Below are positions 16,279 through 20,000 of a stretch of DNA of 20,000 nucleotides, one piece after another. Source of the DNA: an uncultured virus (IMG/VR IMGVR_UViG_3300040735_000039) (lineage: Duplodnaviria; Heunggongvirae; Uroviricota; Caudoviricetes); the IMG/VR virus record IMGVR_UViG_3300040735_000039; one strand, given 5' to 3'. A program made the translations under genes and the position numbers. The notes beneath the pieces are model-generated. The model was not told the origin of the DNA. It did not search any database and saw only the letters and a list, made by a program, of their open reading frames with translations. The stretch's first letter is position 1, and the number at the start of each line of letters is the position of its first letter.

Positions 16279-16820
16279 GTGTCCTCACCTCGGTCTGACA
16301 GGTGTTTAAGGAAATTGCTGTTGGACTGGATCGGCGACTCAATTAGCCAACCCTTACGCTTGAGTATCCGAAATTTGAAGTCAAGCAGTTCAGGAGGTAC
16401 TTCCAGTTCCTTGGCGACCGAGAAGAAGAAGGTGTCCTCTCTGAGTAGTTCTGTGACCTCATCATCTTCCAGCAGGTATTCAGCAGCAAACAGATTGGCT
16501 TCATACTCCATCTGGGAGGATGTATCATACAATGCAAAATCATGGAATGCCTTCATCTTTGCTGCTTCATGATGCAGGACAGCGTGACCGATTTCATGAG
16601 CCAGGATGATCCGTTGGATTGGCTCTGGTAGGTCGCTGTTGATGGTGATGTGCTTTTTTCTTGATTGCCGCAGAAAGAACCCTTTACACGATTTCTCTGT
16701 ATTACCAAGCGGCATTACTTGAACGATGATCCCCATGGCTTCAGCCAGCTTCCAAGGATCTGGCTCATCATATTTTCGCATTATGCGGTATACTTCCCTG
16801 CAAATTATCTCTATCGACAT
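16275..16820 (-). CDS. ImmA/IrrE-family Zn metallo-endopeptidase
   Basis: 'RIILAHEIGH' HExxH and 'MEYEANLFAAEYL'; downstream of an XRE regulator. Confidence 0.93.
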   Translation of the reverse strand: MSIEIICREVYRIMRKYDEPDPWKLAEAMGIIVQVMPLGNTEKSCKGFFLRQSRKKHITINSDLPEPIQRIILAHEIGHAVLHHEAAKMKAFHDFALYDTSSQMEYEANLFAAEYLLEDDEVTELLREDTFFFSVAKELEVPPELLDFKFRILKRKGWLIESPIQSNSNFLKHLSDRGEDT

Positions 16821-16962
16821 GTAATCACCTTCAAATGATATAAAATCAAATACTCATCCCGCTAACAATCCCTCACTATCATTAAATCAAAGTGTCAGTA
16901 CAAAAATACGGACAGTGAACGATGAAATGGCCGCCTGGTTGGAAATAAAGAACGAGGAAATC

Positions 16963-17400
16963 TTAATCCGTTTCCTTTTTTCGGCCATAGGTTTTCCGGG
17001 CTTCTTCCTTACACTTCAAATAAGCCTTCATAACCGCTTCAAAAAAAGCATCCTTGGCTTCCTGATCCAGGGCTCCGCCAGCAAACAAAGCCACGTTTTG
17101 CTCCAGAAGAACATCCATCTCTTTGGCTGCCTTTGGCCCCAGCCGTTCACGAGCTTCCTCAATGTAGGGAGCTTTTTCTATGCCGTATTTGGGGTCTGTG
17201 ATCTCATCATTGAGCAGATAGTCTACGGATACCTGAAGAGCCGCAGCCAGCTTTCTGGCGATATTTCCACGAGGCTTGGTGTCCGTCGTTTCGTATGCAG
17301 CAATAGAACGTTTGGAAACACCGACAAGCTCACCCAGTTGCTGCTGATTGAGCTTCAATTCCTCCCGAGCTTCTTTGATCTTCTCTGAGAAAGTTTTCAT
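16963..17400 (-). CDS. XRE-family HTH repressor (ImmR-like)
   Basis: 'FSEKIKEAREELKLNQQQLGELVGVSKRSIAAYE....P...KLAAALQVSVDYLL'; ATG 17400 with GGAGG RBS. Confidence 0.92.
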   Translation of the reverse strand: MKTFSEKIKEAREELKLNQQQLGELVGVSKRSIAAYETTDTKPRGNIARKLAAALQVSVDYLLNDEITDPKYGIEKAPYIEEARERLGPKAAKEMDVLLEQNVALFAGGALDQEAKDAFFEAVMKAYLKCKEEARKTYGRKKETD

Positions 17401-17424
17401 TTCCTTGCCTCCCGTAATGAATAT

Positions 17425-17531
17425 AACTTCAACAACTTCAATTTTGTATTGACTATTCTTCATTAGCCTGTTAATATTAAGCTACAAGATGAAGTTAACT
17501 TCATTATACCTTTACAAACTTCATCTGTCAA
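17425..17531. promoter_or_regulatory. Face-to-face promoters with palindromic operator ATGAAGTTAACTTCAT and AACTTCA half-sites
   Basis: Minus: TTGACA(17531-17526)-N17-TATAAT(17508-17503); plus: TTGACT(17449-17454)-N17-TAATAT(17472-17477); perfect 16-bp palindrome 17489-17504; AACTTCA also at 17425, 17434, 17517. Confidence 0.8.
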
Positions 17532-17570
17532 CGAGGAAATTAAAGAAACCCTTGGAAGGAGTGGCTTTTT

Positions 17571-18815
17571 ATGAGTAAGGAACGAGCAATACTACATAGT
17601 GATTTGAACAGCTTCTATGCATCCGTAGAAATCATGCTGAATCCAGTTCTCAGGGACAAGGCAATCGCTGTCTGTGGTTCCACAGAAGATCGGCACGGCA
17701 TCGTTCTGGCCAAATCTGAAAAAGCCAAGAGAGCAGGCATCAAAACCGGCATGGTCAACTGGGAAGCAAAGCAGAAATGTCCAGATCTCATCATGGTGTC
17801 TCCGCAGTACGAGCAGTATCTGAAATACTCCAGGCTTACCCGGGAGATCTATCAGCGCTATACGGATCAAGTTGAGCCCTATGGCATGGATGAATGCTGG
17901 CTGGATGTGACCGGCAGCCAAGGTGTCTCGGGAAGTGCTCTTTCCATTGCTGAAGAGATCCGGCGCACAACCCGAGAGGAGTTAGGTCTCACCGTCAGCA
18001 TCGGCGTGTCCTACAATAAGATTTTCGCTAAGCTTGGCAGCGACATGAAAAAACCGGACGCCATCACCGTTATTAATCGAGATGACTTTCAAGATAAAGT
18101 TTGGCCGCTTCCGGTCTCTGATCTCTTCTATGTAGGACGAGCGACCGACAAGAAGCTCAGCCGCTACGGCATCCGTACCATCGGAGAACTGGCCAGGGCA
18201 CCGCGAGACTTTTTGAAGAGTACCTTGGGCAAGAACGGAGAGATGCTCTGGTTCTTTGCCAACGGCGAGGATCAATCACGTGTGATGAAAAATGACTTCC
18301 AATCACCTGTTAAATCCATCGGACATGGCACGACCTGCATCTCAGACCTGGAAACCAATGATGAGGTTTGGAAAGTCATGCTCCACCTGACCCAGGACAT
18401 CAGCCATCGGCTTCGAGTCCATGACATGAAAGCCAATGGCGTCCAGATCACAGTGAAGGACAATACCCTATCCTATCGTCAATATCAGATGCAGCTGCCC
18501 ATGGCGACCCAAAGCCCCATGGAGATCGCTACAGCGGCGCGGTATCTGTTTGAAAAGAACTACGACTGGCTTACATTTGTGCGGGCAGTAACTGTTCGCG
18601 CTATCAACCTCGAACCCAAATTCATGCCACAGCAGCTGATGCTCTTTGATGATGCTGCCCGACGGGCCAGGCTGGAAAAACTGGATGATACTATCGAGAC
18701 CATACGAGGACGCTTTGGGAAATGGTCGATCTATTCAGCCTCCCTGTTAGGCAGTATGAAAACATCTGGAGACAGCAGTCATGAGGTCATCATGCCCGGC
18801 ATCATGTACGCCTAG
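17571..18815 (+). CDS. dinB: Y-family DNA polymerase (DNA polymerase IV-like)
   Basis: 'ILHSDLNSFYASVE', 'YGMDECWLD' catalytic motifs intact; 'AKLGSDMKKPD'; clamp-binding 'QLMLF'; C-terminal 'LDDTIETIRGRFG' motif. Confidence 0.93.
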   Translation: MSKERAILHSDLNSFYASVEIMLNPVLRDKAIAVCGSTEDRHGIVLAKSEKAKRAGIKTGMVNWEAKQKCPDLIMVSPQYEQYLKYSRLTREIYQRYTDQVEPYGMDECWLDVTGSQGVSGSALSIAEEIRRTTREELGLTVSIGVSYNKIFAKLGSDMKKPDAITVINRDDFQDKVWPLPVSDLFYVGRATDKKLSRYGIRTIGELARAPRDFLKSTLGKNGEMLWFFANGEDQSRVMKNDFQSPVKSIGHGTTCISDLETNDEVWKVMLHLTQDISHRLRVHDMKANGVQITVKDNTLSYRQYQMQLPMATQSPMEIATAARYLFEKNYDWLTFVRAVTVRAINLEPKFMPQQLMLFDDAARRARLEKLDDTIETIRGRFGKWSIYSASLLGSMKTSGDSSHEVIMPGIMYA

Positions 18816-18832
18816 TACAGGAGGGATACCCT

Positions 18833-19144
18833 ATGAGAACCGTCCAGATCAAATGCAATCGAAAAAGAAGAATCTTTGACACCATAGAAGGCTCAAAACT
18901 GAAGATCATGATCAAATGCAGCAACACAAAGGTCTGCCCCTACAAGTCAAACTGTCTGAGAACCACCGAGATCGTCTTCGGGGCAGAGAAGGAAGCCTTT
19001 GACGAATTCTACAAAGCCATCAATTGTCCCCACTGCGGGAAACGGCTTTTCGATGTCACCACTGACAGCGTAGGCATTGTCACCATCAAATGCGAGATGT
19101 GCGGAAAAGTTGCAACCATTCCGGTCGTCGCAGACCAAGTATGA
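18833..19144 (+). CDS. Small Cys-rich Zn-ribbon protein (Com-like, duplicated motif)
   Basis: RBS AGGAGG; 'IKC..KRRIFD...IMIKCSN' and 'CPHCGKRLFD...VTIKCEMCG'. Confidence 0.7.
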   Translation: MRTVQIKCNRKRRIFDTIEGSKLKIMIKCSNTKVCPYKSNCLRTTEIVFGAEKEAFDEFYKAINCPHCGKRLFDVTTDSVGIVTIKCEMCGKVATIPVVADQV

Positions 19145-19268
19145 ACTCATTATCTGATTATGGAGCACCGGCGCACTTATTGAAGTAGCGACCACCGCAC
19201 AAGCAGGCAATGAACAACTGAATATCAATCGATACCGAGCACCGGAGCCGATTCACTGAGCTACCACC

Positions 19269-19310
19269 GCCGGATGATTACTCAATTGAGAGGATCATCC
19301 GGCCTTTTTT
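19269..19310 (+). terminator. Intrinsic terminator/attenuator upstream of the sigma-like gene
   Basis: GCCGGATGAT...ATCATCCGGC stem followed by CTTTTTT. Confidence 0.8.
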
Positions 19311-19491
19311 ATTCAGTAATCAGCTTTTTGGCAGTGTATCACCAATGACAGGCTCCCTGCCAAAAGGAGCCTGTCATGTTTGTTTCCAGCCAAATGAATA
19401 AAGCTGGCTGTCTCGTCTCACCGAGATGCCGCAGCCCACCGCCTCCTTCTTGTTCGCCGCTAACAAGCCAACAACGAGAAGGAGAATGAAA

Positions 19492-19917
19492 ATGAAAAAG
19501 ATTAATCTGCGAGACGTATACCCGTTTTATGAGAATGACTGTTTTGTCATGGTCGATGATGAGATCGCGGAGATCTTCGAAGATTCCAAACGCAAAGAAC
19601 TGAATTATCAACGGAAGATTTATCGCAATAAGGCACATTTCTCTTTGGATCGAGACGATGGGATAGAGAATGATATTATCTTCGTTTCAATGTCACCTTA
19701 TGAGATCTACGAGCGCAAAATGACAAACAAAGAGTTATACTCGGCCGTCTCAAAACTACCAGATATTCAGGCGAAGCGAATCTATGCCTACTACTTCCAG
19801 AATATGAGCAAGACCGATATTGCCAAGGCAGAAGGTGTAAGCAAAATGGCAGTGTGCAAGTCCATTCAGCAAGGTCTGAAGGCTTTAGAAAAAGAATTGA
19901 AAAGCCTGGAGGGATAG
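19492..19917 (+). CDS. Sigma-70 region 4 (ECF-like) regulator of the type found in Firmicutes conjugative elements
   Basis: 'MKKINLRDVYP...RNKAHFSLD...LYSAVSKLPDIQAKRIYAYYFQNMSKTDIAKAEGVSKMAV'; AAGGAG RBS 7 nt before ATG 19492. Confidence 0.85.
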   Translation: MKKINLRDVYPFYENDCFVMVDDEIAEIFEDSKRKELNYQRKIYRNKAHFSLDRDDGIENDIIFVSMSPYEIYERKMTNKELYSAVSKLPDIQAKRIYAYYFQNMSKTDIAKAEGVSKMAVCKSIQQGLKALEKELKSLEG

Positions 19918-20000
19918 CGTCAAAAATTGCTTCAATCATCTTGGCATATGATAGGGATTTAATCCCACCAATAAATGATCTTTAGCAGGTAATGAGCACT

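Noticed and set aside
16915..17388. 157-aa plus-strand ORF
   Set aside because: Antisense shadow of the XRE gene with no recognisable motif
17401..17570. LexA (SOS) box upstream of dinB
   Set aside because: No GAAC-N4-GTTC match found; a different palindrome is present

Overview
Firmicutes (Clostridia-like) accessory DNA made of nested mobile elements. Bases 1-~13035 are the right arm of a siphovirus-like prophage: tape measure protein (partial), tail genes, holin, amidase endolysin, an HTH/Zn-finger gene, a SHOCT-type gene, two large serine recombinases and one opposite-strand cargo gene (390 aa, HhH-glycosylase-like C-terminus). The prophage appears to be integrated into a type I restriction-modification hsdM gene, which breaks exactly at the SAM-binding motif (GRVYD|PCCGSGG). 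The right part (13036-20000) looks like an ICE-type region: 5' hsdM with an upstream Cro/C1 regulator, an IS30-family element (14027-15989) with a long direct repeat, tandem end repeats and a DnaA-box cloverleaf, an XRE/ImmA-IrrE pair with a small gene divergent from a Y-family polymerase (face-to-face promoters, palindromic operator), a Com-like Zn-ribbon gene with a structured leader, and a sigma-70 region 4 regulator. All calls come from reading motifs by eye; no database searches were run.
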